NCBI GenBank assembly: GCA_003281225.1
Contig: QCCP01000011.1
Span: 354 to 64,353 of the forward strand
Direction of reading: 5' to 3'
Origin: Prochlorococcus sp. AG-347-L20
GTDB taxonomy: Bacteria; Cyanobacteriota; Cyanobacteriia; PCC-6307; Cyanobiaceae
Length of the DNA: 64,000 nucleotides
Positions within the stretch are counted from its first letter, which is position 1; every line of letters begins with the position of its first letter. Positions 29,571 to 39,348 of the stretch are shown piece after piece. A model generated the notes under the pieces. The model did no database searches. It was not told the origin of the DNA and saw nothing but the letters and a program-made list of their open reading frames with translations. A program made the position numbers and the translations under genes.

Positions 29571-31874
29571 TTAACCTCTTGCACCACCTGAAAAGGTAAC
29601 AAGTTGTCCTTCACGAGTATTACCACTTGATCCAGTTATCAAGAAATCTGGTTTTTCTGTTTCGTCATTTCTTTTAACTTCCATAGGGGGCATTGCACTC
29701 ATGAATCCTGCTCTTGATGGATTTCTCTTTCTAGAAGAAGCTCCCTCTGTGCCTGTTACCTTATCACCACGATCCCAATCGTCACCAGTTACATTTCCCA
29801 CTGATTGTCCTTCACCAGTAATCCTTGATGCGACTCTTTTTTCTGGTGTCTTTGCAGCACGGTCTGTCTCTTCAATTTCCATTTTTTGTTTATAAGTAAT
29901 ATTTTTATTCGGTTCAAATCTAAATTTTTCAGTACCAGTGACCTTATCAACCGCCATATCAAATGGTCCTGTCACCTTCGAACCATTTTCATATTCATTA
30001 CCCGTAACACCTTGAGTATTTTTTTCAGAATATTTATCTCTTGATGGTGATTTAACAGAGAATTCCTTCCAAGAGTTACCTGCCGACTTTTCCGGATTCG
30101 CATAAGCCGTATCATGTGGAGGATTATCACAAGCTTGTGAGAGCTGATCTCCACCAACATAGGGAGTACCTGTTAGATTTTTACAAGCACCTTTCTTAGC
30201 ACCTGTCATTATTCCGCCAATTCCTGGTTGCTGTCCTGTAAGTCTGGCATTTGAATTATTACCAGAATTAACTGTTGATCGGGATTTCATATCTTCAGAA
30301 ATCTCAGTACTACAGTTTTCATTAATCTGATCTAAGCCTGCGTATGGTGTTCCTGTTAACACTTTGCATGAACCTGGTTCATCTCCAGTTACTATTTCTG
30401 ATCTTCCTGTCATAGTGCCGCTTATTAAATTTGACTTTGAAGAAAGACTTAAACCTACTTTCCTAGCTTCTGGTTTTGGTTTTGAACCGCAAAACTTCTC
30501 GTATTGTTGAGATCCTATGTACTCATCGCCAGTTACATTCTTACAACTCCCATGTTCATTGCCTGTCATATGGTCTGATCTTCCAACTCCTGTACCAGTT
30601 ACATTATTCCCATTAAGAGTATTGTAACTACCTACTTTTTCAAATGCTTTACCTTTTGGATTTGGCTCAGAGCCAAGATATTGATCTCCAGTTAACTGAT
30701 GTCCAGAACCTGATTCATCTCCAGTAACTAGGGTTGATCTACCAGGAAGTGATCCAGATACTTTTAATCCATCGGTTGTAGTACTGTGTTTAACCTTTGA
30801 AGGATTTTTTGGAACATCACCACAATACTTCTGTGATTGATTAGAAGATACATATTCAGTGCCTGTAAGGTTTTTACAAGTCCCTGGCTCATCGCCTGTG
30901 ACCCTATCAGATCTACCAACTTCATTCCCAGTGACTTTATTTCCTGATGTTGTTGCAGTAACAGTAGATCTAAGTGGTTGTTTATAACTTGGTCTATCTT
31001 GACAAAATTGATCAACCACTTCTGCTCCCATGTATTGGGTGCCAGTAACTGTTCTGCATGTACTTGCTTCATTACCTGTAGTTTTTACAGATCTATTAGC
31101 TTGTGTTCCAGTCACTATTTGACCTGAATCAGTTTCACTTTTACCAACTTTCCAGCTAGCATCTGCAATATTTTGTTTGGCGCCATTTTTATTTGGACCA
31201 CATGGTCTACATTTACCATTACCTTTTTTGCCTGTAGCACCAGTTTTACTTCTTAACTCTCTCACTCTCTGAGAAATTTCTCTACTACTTAAATCTGGGT
31301 CTCCCCTTCTAGCTAAAGAAGCGGCACTGGTATTTTGTTTAGTTGCTGATTTACCATGCTTAGATTGAGCTTCTCTTCTCGCTAAAACAATATCTCTACT
31401 TGTATTAGTAATAGGCTTTCTCTTCTGATTAATTCTTCTTTTAACGTTAGGTTTTGATGTTTTAATTTCTGTATTATGTGAGTTTTGAACTTCCTGATTT
31501 TTGCTTGCGGAAGTTTTAACTGTGTTTACAGGACTTTCTTTTTTAACATCCGTACGGGTTCTATCGGATGAAGTTATAGCTGATTTCCCATGGGTAGACA
31601 TTGCTTTTCTTCTCTCTATTACTAACTCTTTACTAGATAAAGTTGTTGAAGAATTTCCGTTTACCTGAGTTTTTGGAATATGTTTTGTAGCTGGTTTAGA
31701 AATATTATGATTATTAGGAGAAGACTGAGTCCCAGAAATCTGTATATCTTGAGAAGATCGAACTCTATCTTTAGTAGTTGAAGAATAAGTAGCAGCTTTT
31801 TTACCGCTATCACTCATCGCCTTTCTTCTTTCTAGTGCAATCTCTCTGCTGGTTTTTTTTGACATAATCTTCAA
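29571..31874 (-). CDS. csoS2: carboxysome assembly scaffold CsoS2
   Basis: 767 aa, basic and repeat-rich. It has four N-terminal R/K-rich helical repeats (for example SREIALERRKAMSDSGKKA), about six middle repeats with [VIL][TS]G triads and paired Cys, and C-terminal VTG repeats. Confidence 0.92.
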   Translation of the reverse strand: MKIMSKKTSREIALERRKAMSDSGKKAATYSSTTKDRVRSSQDIQISGTQSSPNNHNISKPATKHIPKTQVNGNSSTTLSSKELVIERRKAMSTHGKSAITSSDRTRTDVKKESPVNTVKTSASKNQEVQNSHNTEIKTSKPNVKRRINQKRKPITNTSRDIVLARREAQSKHGKSATKQNTSAASLARRGDPDLSSREISQRVRELRSKTGATGKKGNGKCRPCGPNKNGAKQNIADASWKVGKSETDSGQIVTGTQANRSVKTTGNEASTCRTVTGTQYMGAEVVDQFCQDRPSYKQPLRSTVTATTSGNKVTGNEVGRSDRVTGDEPGTCKNLTGTEYVSSNQSQKYCGDVPKNPSKVKHSTTTDGLKVSGSLPGRSTLVTGDESGSGHQLTGDQYLGSEPNPKGKAFEKVGSYNTLNGNNVTGTGVGRSDHMTGNEHGSCKNVTGDEYIGSQQYEKFCGSKPKPEARKVGLSLSSKSNLISGTMTGRSEIVTGDEPGSCKVLTGTPYAGLDQINENCSTEISEDMKSRSTVNSGNNSNARLTGQQPGIGGIMTGAKKGACKNLTGTPYVGGDQLSQACDNPPHDTAYANPEKSAGNSWKEFSVKSPSRDKYSEKNTQGVTGNEYENGSKVTGPFDMAVDKVTGTEKFRFEPNKNITYKQKMEIEETDRAAKTPEKRVASRITGEGQSVGNVTGDDWDRGDKVTGTEGASSRKRNPSRAGFMSAMPPMEVKRNDETEKPDFLITGSSGNTREGQLVTFSGGARG

Positions 31875-31906
31875 GTTTGAAATTCTTTAAAAACTTTTTT
31901 GAAAAA

Positions 31907-31934
31907 CTTTCTCCAAAAAATTTTTTGGAGAAAG
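31907..31934 (-). terminator. perfect 28-nt palindrome followed by a T-run on the operon strand: candidate internal attenuator or terminator between cbbS and csoS2
   Basis: CTTTCTCCAAAAAATTTTTTGGAGAAAG is its own reverse complement. On the minus strand it is followed directly by TTTTTCAAAAAAGTTTTT. It lies 23 nt after the cbbS stop and 32 nt before the csoS2 start. Confidence 0.5.
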
Positions 31935-31956
31935 ATATTAACTACGATAGGTAGCT

Positions 31957-32298
31957 TTAACGGCCTTGGAAAACTACAAAAGCTGTTCCTTGACTTTGAG
32001 TGTAAGCATCGTATCCGATGATTCTTACATGATGATCAGGGTATGCTCTATGGCATGCCTCTAATTCGCTCACAATCAAGTTAAGATCTTTTTCCCCAAA
32101 GAATGGGAGTTTCCAATAAGACCAATAAGTTTGCATACATCCAGTTGGATGAACATGCTCAATAACTGGACTCCAACCTTGAGCAATTATGTACGCAATT
32201 TGGTCATATATTTCTTCCTGGGTCATCGGTGGTAAAAAACCGAATGTTTCCAGGGTTGCAACTGTTTGATAGTCGCTTACTGTGCTCTGGAAAGGCAT
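31957..32298 (-). CDS. cbbS: RuBisCO small subunit (form IA)
   Basis: 113 aa (FGFLPPMTQEEIYDQIAYIIAQGWSP..., YWKLPFFG). Confidence 0.95.
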   Translation of the reverse strand: MPFQSTVSDYQTVATLETFGFLPPMTQEEIYDQIAYIIAQGWSPVIEHVHPTGCMQTYWSYWKLPFFGEKDLNLIVSELEACHRAYPDHHVRIIGYDAYTQSQGTAFVVFQGR

Positions 32299-32350
32299 AA
32301 TTAATCAAAATGTGAATGTAATTACTCGTAAAAACGAGATTTTAATAAGT

Positions 32351-32373
32351 TTGAGGAGAATTAATCTCCTCAA
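32351..32373 (-). other. 9-bp stem / 5-nt loop hairpin just downstream of cbbL (TTGAGGAGA-ATTAA-TCTCCTCAA)
   Basis: Perfect inverted repeat 14 nt after the cbbL stop codon and 52 nt before the cbbS start. No adjacent T-run on the minus strand. Confidence 0.4.
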
Positions 32374-32387
32374 TTTCGAAACTTGAG

Positions 32388-33803
32388 TTAACCCTGAACA
32401 TCAAGCTTGTCGACAGTGTCAAACTCGAACTTAATTTCCTTCCAAGTTTCTAGAGCAATAGCTAATTCAGGACTATGCTTAGCAGCTTCCATAAGAATGT
32501 CTCTACTCTCTTTTTCGATTTCGCGACCAGCATTACGAGCTTTTACACAAGCTTCTAAAGCAACTCTGTTAGCTGCAGCTCCAGCAGCTGAACCCCATGG
32601 ATGACCATGTGTTCCTCCACCGAACTGAAGACAGGAATCATCCCCAAATATCGCTAGAAGTGCAGGCATATGCCAAACATGGATACCACCTGATGCGACT
32701 GCAAATACTCCAGGCATTGAACCCCAATCTTGATCAAAGAAGTTACCTCTTGATCTATCTTCAGGAACAAATGACTCTCTTAAGTTGTCAATATAACCAA
32801 GAGTTGTTTGACGATCACCTTCTAGTTTTCCAACCACGGTTCCAGTATGTAATTGGTCTCCTCCAGATAGTCTCAAACATTTTGCAAGAACTCTGAAGTG
32901 AATACCATGCTTTGGATGTCTATCAATAACAGCATGCATAGCTCTGTGGATATGCAGAAGCATGCCATTTTTACGACACCAATTAGCTAATCCAGTATTT
33001 GCAGTAAAACCACCAGTTATATAATCATGCATGATGATTGGCATATCTAGCTCTTTTGCAAATTCAGCTCTTTCATAGAGTTCTTCAGGAGTGTTAGCAG
33101 TACAATTTAGATAGTGACCTTTAACTTCTCCAGTTTCTCGCTGAGCAAGCTTAACTGCTTCTGCAACAAACTCAAATCTTTCTCTCCAACGTTGGAATGG
33201 TTGAGAATTAATATTCTCATCATCCTTCGTTAAATCAAGACCGCCTCTAAGACATTCATATACAACTCGACCATAGTTTTTACCAGATAATCCTAATTTA
33301 GGTTTGATGGTACAACCAAGTAGAGGTCTTCCGTATTTGTTAAGTCGATCTCTTTCAACTACGATTCCGTTTGGTGGACCACCGCAAGTTTTAATGAAAG
33401 CAATTGGGAATCTAATATCTTCTAGACGTAGATGTCTTAGAGCTTTAAATCCAAAAACGTTTCCTACAAGGGATGTTAATACGTTTGTAATTGAGCCTTC
33501 TTCAAAAAGATCTAAAGGATATGCAATAAAAGCATAGAAAGCTTCAGGATCTCCAGGAACGTCTTCGATTCGATAACAACGTCCTTTATAAAATTCTAAA
33601 TCTGTAAGTAACTCGGACCAAACTGTTGACCAAGTACCTGTTGAAGATTCAGCGGCAACAGCTGCTGCGACTTCTTCTCTTGGAACACCTTCCTGACCTG
33701 TACATTTGAAACAGGCTAGTAAATCGGTGTCTAGGGGTACATATTCTGGAGTCCAGTAGGTATCTCTGTACTCCTTTACCCCTGCGTCATACTTCTTACT
33801 CAT
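32388..33803 (-). CDS. cbbL: RuBisCO large subunit (form IA)
   Basis: 471 aa with the active-site region [17 protein letters not shown], the MHDYITGG and [11 protein letters not shown] motifs, and a form-IA-type C-terminus. Confidence 0.98.
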   Translation of the reverse strand: MSKKYDAGVKEYRDTYWTPEYVPLDTDLLACFKCTGQEGVPREEVAAAVAAESSTGTWSTVWSELLTDLEFYKGRCYRIEDVPGDPEAFYAFIAYPLDLFEEGSITNVLTSLVGNVFGFKALRHLRLEDIRFPIAFIKTCGGPPNGIVVERDRLNKYGRPLLGCTIKPKLGLSGKNYGRVVYECLRGGLDLTKDDENINSQPFQRWRERFEFVAEAVKLAQRETGEVKGHYLNCTANTPEELYERAEFAKELDMPIIMHDYITGGFTANTGLANWCRKNGMLLHIHRAMHAVIDRHPKHGIHFRVLAKCLRLSGGDQLHTGTVVGKLEGDRQTTLGYIDNLRESFVPEDRSRGNFFDQDWGSMPGVFAVASGGIHVWHMPALLAIFGDDSCLQFGGGTHGHPWGSAAGAAANRVALEACVKARNAGREIEKESRDILMEAAKHSPELAIALETWKEIKFEFDTVDKLDVQG

Positions 33804-33872
33804 AAGGATAAATTTAGGTCTGTATAGGGAAAATAATTATTGTGCAAAATTTATAAATCTTGCTTTAATTAA

Positions 33873-34184
33873 TTAGTCCTTTTGACCAAGGAATTCACCG
33901 TTACCTAGAGCAGGTTCAACTTCTCTATGAGGACGAGCAATAATGTGAGCTGCAACTAAACCGTCACCAACTCTTTCACAAGCATCAGCGCCAGCTCTTA
34001 CAGCTGCGTTAACTGCGCCTGTTTCGCCTCTAACTAATACTGTGACATAACCGCCACCAACGAATTCACGACCAATTAGGCGAACTTCTGCTGCCTTTGT
34101 CATTGCGTCTGCTGCTTCGATTGCAGGGACAAGTCCGCGTGTCTCGATCATGCCGAGAGCGATACCCATTGTTTCTGTAGCCAT
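33873..34184 (-). CDS. csoS1: major carboxysome shell hexamer protein CsoS1 (BMC-H)
   Basis: 103 aa with a single Pfam00936-type BMC domain (GIALGMIETRGLVPAIEAADAMTKAAEV...). It is the first gene of the operon. Confidence 0.95.
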   Translation of the reverse strand: MATETMGIALGMIETRGLVPAIEAADAMTKAAEVRLIGREFVGGGYVTVLVRGETGAVNAAVRAGADACERVGDGLVAAHIIARPHREVEPALGNGEFLGQKD

Positions 34185-34407
34185 TGTCTACTAAATACTA
34201 AATGTGGAATGTTCAATTCGAAGAATGCTTCATTAAGTACTTATAAGTCAAGCGTTTTCGACAAAATCTCCATTAATGTTTTTTCTATCATTCATAAGTT
34301 AAACTTATCACCCTTGGTACTATTGATATGTCAATACTTATGCAAATTAGTTAGTGCATCAAAACATACTGTTGTGTTAAGAAAAAATTTACATTATGTT
34401 ATTTCCG

Positions 34408-34464
34408 TACGAGACAGGCCCTGTCTGCACAGGTGTGGAATGTTCAACCTTTCCTGTCTCCGTA
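34408..34464. promoter_or_regulatory. GC-enriched element with long-range pairing arms in the csoS1/rdgB intergenic region
   Basis: TACGAGACAGG (34408-34418) can pair with CCTGTCTCCGTA (34453-34464; 8 bp, one bulge, then 3 bp). A third copy, CCTGTCT, lies at 34420-34426. The enclosed loop carries the second copy of the 14-mer TGTGGAATGTTCAA. Strand and function are unknown. Confidence 0.35.
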
Positions 34465-34511
34465 TCAAGCTTTGAAGTAAGATAATATTCACAATATATT
34501 TTTATATTATT

Positions 34512-35096
34512 TTGAACCTTCCAGTTCTAACTATTGCGAGTGGCAATCAAAGAAAGGTTTCTGAAATTTCAGAGATGCTGGATGTTTTGTCTTTAAAGGT
34601 TGAGAAGCAACCAGAATATTTAAATGTCGAAGAAACTGGGGAAACATATTTTGAGAATGCACTACTTAAAGCCAAGGCAGCTTCTCTAGAGACAAAAACT
34701 TGGGCATTAGCTGATGACTCGGGTCTTGAAGTAGATGTTTTAGATGGTCGACCAGGAATTTATTCTGCTCGATATGCCAAAAATAATGATGAGAAAATTA
34801 AAAAATTAATTAATGAACTTTCTGATAGTCCTTATAGGAGTGCAAGATTCATAAGTTGTATGGTTTTGTGCGATCCCTCAGGAAACTTAGTTAAAGATAC
34901 AACAGGAATATGCTGGGGAGAAATTCTCAAGAACCCCAAATATCCTAATGGGGAATTCGAATCTATTTTTTGGGTTAAAGAAGCTAATTGTGTTTACGGT
35001 GAGCTCTCACAATCACAACTAAATAAATTAGGTAGTAGAGGTAAAGCTGCGAAAATTATGTCACCTTTTTTAAAAAAAGAGATAGGTTTAAGTTAA
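34512..35096 (+). CDS. rdgB: non-canonical purine NTP pyrophosphatase (RdgB/HAM1 family)
   Basis: 194 aa with ASGNQRKVSE, ADDSGLEVD.LDGRPGIYSARY and a C-terminal SRGKA motif. It has a TTG start. Confidence 0.85.
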   Translation: MNLPVLTIASGNQRKVSEISEMLDVLSLKVEKQPEYLNVEETGETYFENALLKAKAASLETKTWALADDSGLEVDVLDGRPGIYSARYAKNNDEKIKKLINELSDSPYRSARFISCMVLCDPSGNLVKDTTGICWGEILKNPKYPNGEFESIFWVKEANCVYGELSQSQLNKLGSRGKAAKIMSPFLKKEIGLS

Positions 35097-35118
35097 AAAA
35101 GGTTTAAATAAAAAATCC

Positions 35119-35889
35119 TTAGTAATTTGAGATTTCTTCAATTGCTCTAATAGCAGCAGCTGCGGCTTCTTCTACATCGCCTTCTTTCCCAGCGAGAGTT
35201 AATCTACCAAAAGCGCCAACTGCCTTCACATCAACAACAGTTATGTTAGATGCTTTTTCAGCTTCATTTGCTGCTTTTAAAACATAACCAGCAGGTTCAG
35301 TTTCTAATATAAACATACTCATTCCAGATTGAATCATTGATCCACTTCTGTTTTGTCTATTTATTAAAACAGCATGATCTGGAGTAATCGCGCGAATGAC
35401 TTCAGTCCAACTTGTTGAAGGTTTTGTTCTTTTTCTAACTTCACTTCCAATAGCATCTAGAACAACATCTCCAGAATGTAAAACAGTGCTTTGATCTTTG
35501 TGGTAAAGAGCAAGTGAACCAAATGCTCTTTCAACAATCATCTGACCAAGTCTTACATTACTTGCTTTTAAGGCAATATCAGTGACTCTATGAACGGCCA
35601 TCCCAGGCGAAACTTCCATCCAAAGACATGAATCACCAGGAATAGGTAAAAAACCTCTACTAACCGTACCCATATATGCAGCTAATTGAGGTTGAAGAGA
35701 ATCTAAAAAAACATATGTTCTCAACTCAATTTGCTCAACTTGACTGGCTTGTCTGGATACCAAAGACTTTTCTGAATCAGTTGTAATAAAACAGCTAGCA
35801 CCACTGGCCTGAGATTGCACCTCAGATCCTGTGACAAGAGAACTCCCTTTTTTTCGGTTCCCTCTATTTAAACTAGAAGTTGGTTCCAT
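35119..35889 (-). CDS. csoS1D: tandem-BMC-domain carboxysome shell protein CsoS1D
   Basis: 256 aa with about 50 aa of N-terminal extension followed by two permuted BMC-like halves. It is a satellite gene separated from csoS1 by the oppositely oriented rdgB, as described for Prochlorococcus. Confidence 0.85.
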   Translation of the reverse strand: MEPTSSLNRGNRKKGSSLVTGSEVQSQASGASCFITTDSEKSLVSRQASQVEQIELRTYVFLDSLQPQLAAYMGTVSRGFLPIPGDSCLWMEVSPGMAVHRVTDIALKASNVRLGQMIVERAFGSLALYHKDQSTVLHSGDVVLDAIGSEVRKRTKPSTSWTEVIRAITPDHAVLINRQNRSGSMIQSGMSMFILETEPAGYVLKAANEAEKASNITVVDVKAVGAFGRLTLAGKEGDVEEAAAAAIRAIEEISNY

Positions 35890-35986
35890 TCACGCGACTA
35901 TAACGGATAATGGTTCATTTTTTCTATTAAATTTACTTGCATGCTTCCCACAAAACGATAACTTCAAGTAAAAGATATGCATTTTT

Positions 35987-36355
35987 ATGGGAACTTCTCA
36001 AAAAAAAGAACCAAATGTTTCTGGTACTGAAAAAGAATTAACTCCTGATCAAACTCTTGGATTAGTTAGCCTAAGTTTGATGCAAAAACTATCTCAGAAA
36101 GACCCATCTTTTAGTTGGTTAGAAGAAGATAAAATAGAGAAAGTAAATCTTAAAAACCTTAGAGATAGATTGGAGTTAACACAATTAGCTATAGATACGG
36201 GAGCCCCTTTAACTACTTCAGAAGTGACAACTTTAATTGGAGCTAAGCCTGGGAAATCTAAGTTAGAAAGAGCAGGATTATTAGCTACAAAAATAGCCAG
36301 AAATGTATGGAAGATATCAAAAACTAGTCAAGGAAATTCTTTTTATAGAAATTAA
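35987..36355 (+). CDS. hypothetical protein with C-terminal excisionase/MerR-type (HTH_17-like) DNA-binding motif
   Basis: 122 aa. The segment PLTTSEVTTLIGAKPGKSKLERAGLLATKIARNVWKI resembles the excisionase-family HTH pattern (LT..E.A.LLG......R.G.L.A.KIGR.WRI). Confidence 0.45.
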   Translation: MGTSQKKEPNVSGTEKELTPDQTLGLVSLSLMQKLSQKDPSFSWLEEDKIEKVNLKNLRDRLELTQLAIDTGAPLTTSEVTTLIGAKPGKSKLERAGLLATKIARNVWKISKTSQGNSFYRN

Positions 36356-36504
36356 AATACGCCCTAAAAATAACTTTCATAATTCTCATTTAAGTATTTA
36401 AACATTCATATAAGTTTTTTAAATGTGTATATTTTTGTAAGAGAACTTATTAATTACTTTCTTAAATTAAAAAGTTTATGCAAGCTTGAAATACAAGCTC
36501 TTGA

Positions 36505-37770
<1,266 letters not shown>

Positions 37771-37776
37771 AAGACT

Positions 37777-39348
37777 ATGGAATTAACTCTATGGACATAT
37801 GAAGGACCACCACATGTTGGTGCGATGAGAATTGCCTCTTCAATGAAAGATATTCATTATGTTCTTCATGCCCCTCAAGGAGATACATATGCAGATCTTC
37901 TTTTTACAATGATTGAAAGGAGGGGGCAAAGACCTCCAGTAACTTATACAACTTTCCAAGCTAGAGACCTTGGAGGCGATACAGCTGAATTAGTGAAGAA
38001 AAATATTAAGGAAGCTGTCGAACGATTTAAACCCAAAGCTCTTTTAGTTGGAGAAAGTTGTACGGCAGAATTAATCCAAGACCAACCTGGGGCCCTAGCA
38101 AAAGGAATGGGGTTTAATATGCCAATTGTTAATCTTGAATTACCTGCCTATAGCAAGAAAGAAAATTGGGGAGCTTCAGAAACTTTTTATCAATTAATAA
38201 GAACTCTTTTGAGAGAGAAAGTAAGTTCTTCAGAAAAAATAAGTCCTCTAAGGTGGAAGGAGTTAGGTCGCAGACCAAAAGTCAATATACTGGGTCCTTC
38301 ATTACTGGGATTTAGATGCAGAGATGATGTAATTGAAATCCAACGCATACTTTCAGAGCAAGGAATAGATACAAACGTAGTTGCTCCATTAGGTGCTAGT
38401 CCAGATGATATTGAAAGACTAATTGATGCTGAAATAAATATTTGTCTTTATCCAGAAATTGCGGAAGCATCATGCGAATGGCTTAAAAGGAACTTTGGAA
38501 TGGAATATACAAGCACTATTCCAATTGGAATAAAAAATACAATTGAATTTATAAATGAAGTTCATAACAAGTTGGATCTCACCTTGACTAATAAAGAAGA
38601 ATTAGAACACAAGTCAAAACTTCCTTGGTACTCAAAATCAGTTGACTCTAATTACTTGACTGGCAAAAGGGTTTTTATTTTTGGTGATGGAACACATGCA
38701 ATCGCAGCCGCAAAAATTGCCAAAGAGGAATTGGGTTTTGAAGTAGTTGGTCTTGGTACATACAGTAGGGAAATGGCAAGACAGGTAAGAGCAACTGCAA
38801 AAGATCTAAATGTAGAAGCTCTAATAACAAACAATTATCTAGAAGTGGAAGATGCTATGAAGAAAGCCGCCCCTGAACTAGTTTTAGGGACCCAAATGGA
38901 AAGGCATAGTGCAAAAAGGCTCGGTATTCCATGCTCCGTAATTAGCACCCCAATGCATGTTCAAGATGTTCCTGCAAGATATAGCCCACAAATGGGATGG
39001 GAAGGAGCAAATGTGATTTTTGATGACTGGGTACATCCACTAATGATGGGCTTAGAAGAGCATCTTATTGATATGTTCAAACATGACTTTGAATTTGTTG
39101 ATGGTCATCAAAGCCATTTAGGACATACAGCGACAAACACAAAAGATATATTAAATTCTGACGAAAAAAAAGAAAAAAATAGTAAAGAAGGAATTATCTG
39201 GACTGAATCTGGTAGAGCTGAATTAATAAAAGTTCCATTTTTTGTAAGAGGTAAAGTTAAAACAAATACTGAAAAATACGCAATCTTGAGAGGAATTCCA
39301 GAGATAAGCGATGAAACCCTTTACGATGCCAAAGCATATTTCAGTTAA
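37777..39348 (+). CDS. chlB: light-independent protochlorophyllide reductase subunit B
   Basis: 523 aa. It begins [20 protein letters not shown], has [13 protein letters not shown], and carries a ChlB-specific C-terminal extension. Confidence 0.95.
   Translation: MELTLWTYEGPPHVGAMRIASSMKDIHYVLHAPQGDTYADLLFTMIERRGQRPPVTYTTFQARDLGGDTAELVKKNIKEAVERFKPKALLVGESCTAELIQDQPGALAKGMGFNMPIVNLELPAYSKKENWGASETFYQLIRTLLREKVSSSEKISPLRWKELGRRPKVNILGPSLLGFRCRDDVIEIQRILSEQGIDTNVVAPLGASPDDIERLIDAEINICLYPEIAEASCEWLKRNFGMEYTSTIPIGIKNTIEFINEVHNKLDLTLTNKEELEHKSKLPWYSKSVDSNYLTGKRVFIFGDGTHAIAAAKIAKEELGFEVVGLGTYSREMARQVRATAKDLNVEALITNNYLEVEDAMKKAAPELVLGTQMERHSAKRLGIPCSVISTPMHVQDVPARYSPQMGWEGANVIFDDWVHPLMMGLEEHLIDMFKHDFEFVDGHQSHLGHTATNTKDILNSDEKKEKNSKEGIIWTESGRAELIKVPFFVRGKVKTNTEKYAILRGIPEISDETLYDAKAYFS

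Noticed and set aside
29701-31072. Short ORFs on both strands inside csoS2 (64, 62 and 102 aa)
   Set aside because: They are artefacts of the repetitive, compositionally biased csoS2 coding sequence. The 767-aa frame explains the region fully.
32407-33537. Three plus-strand ORFs (65, 99 and 77 aa) antisense to cbbL
   Set aside because: They are shadow ORFs produced by the GC-richer, codon-biased cbbL sequence. They lie entirely inside an unambiguous RuBisCO large-subunit gene and their translations are low-complexity.
34185-34216. Reading the minus-strand form of the 14-mer (TTGAACATTCCACA) as the -35 box of the csoS1 promoter
   Set aside because: The spacing does not work. A 17-nt spacer places the -10 at TAGTAG and the TSS inside or beyond the start codon. 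The alternative -10, TAGTAT, is only 10-11 nt away. A partial resemblance to a DnaA box (TTCCACA) also seems coincidental.
34209-34475. 88-aa plus-strand ORF filling the csoS1/rdgB intergenic region
   Set aside because: Its composition is low-complexity and Leu/Ser/Lys/Cys-rich. It has no recognisable domain or ribosome-binding site. It spans the region that must hold the divergent promoters. Its MFN start and its internal MFN simply reflect the duplicated 14-mer. I treat it as non-coding and report the repeat and structure instead.
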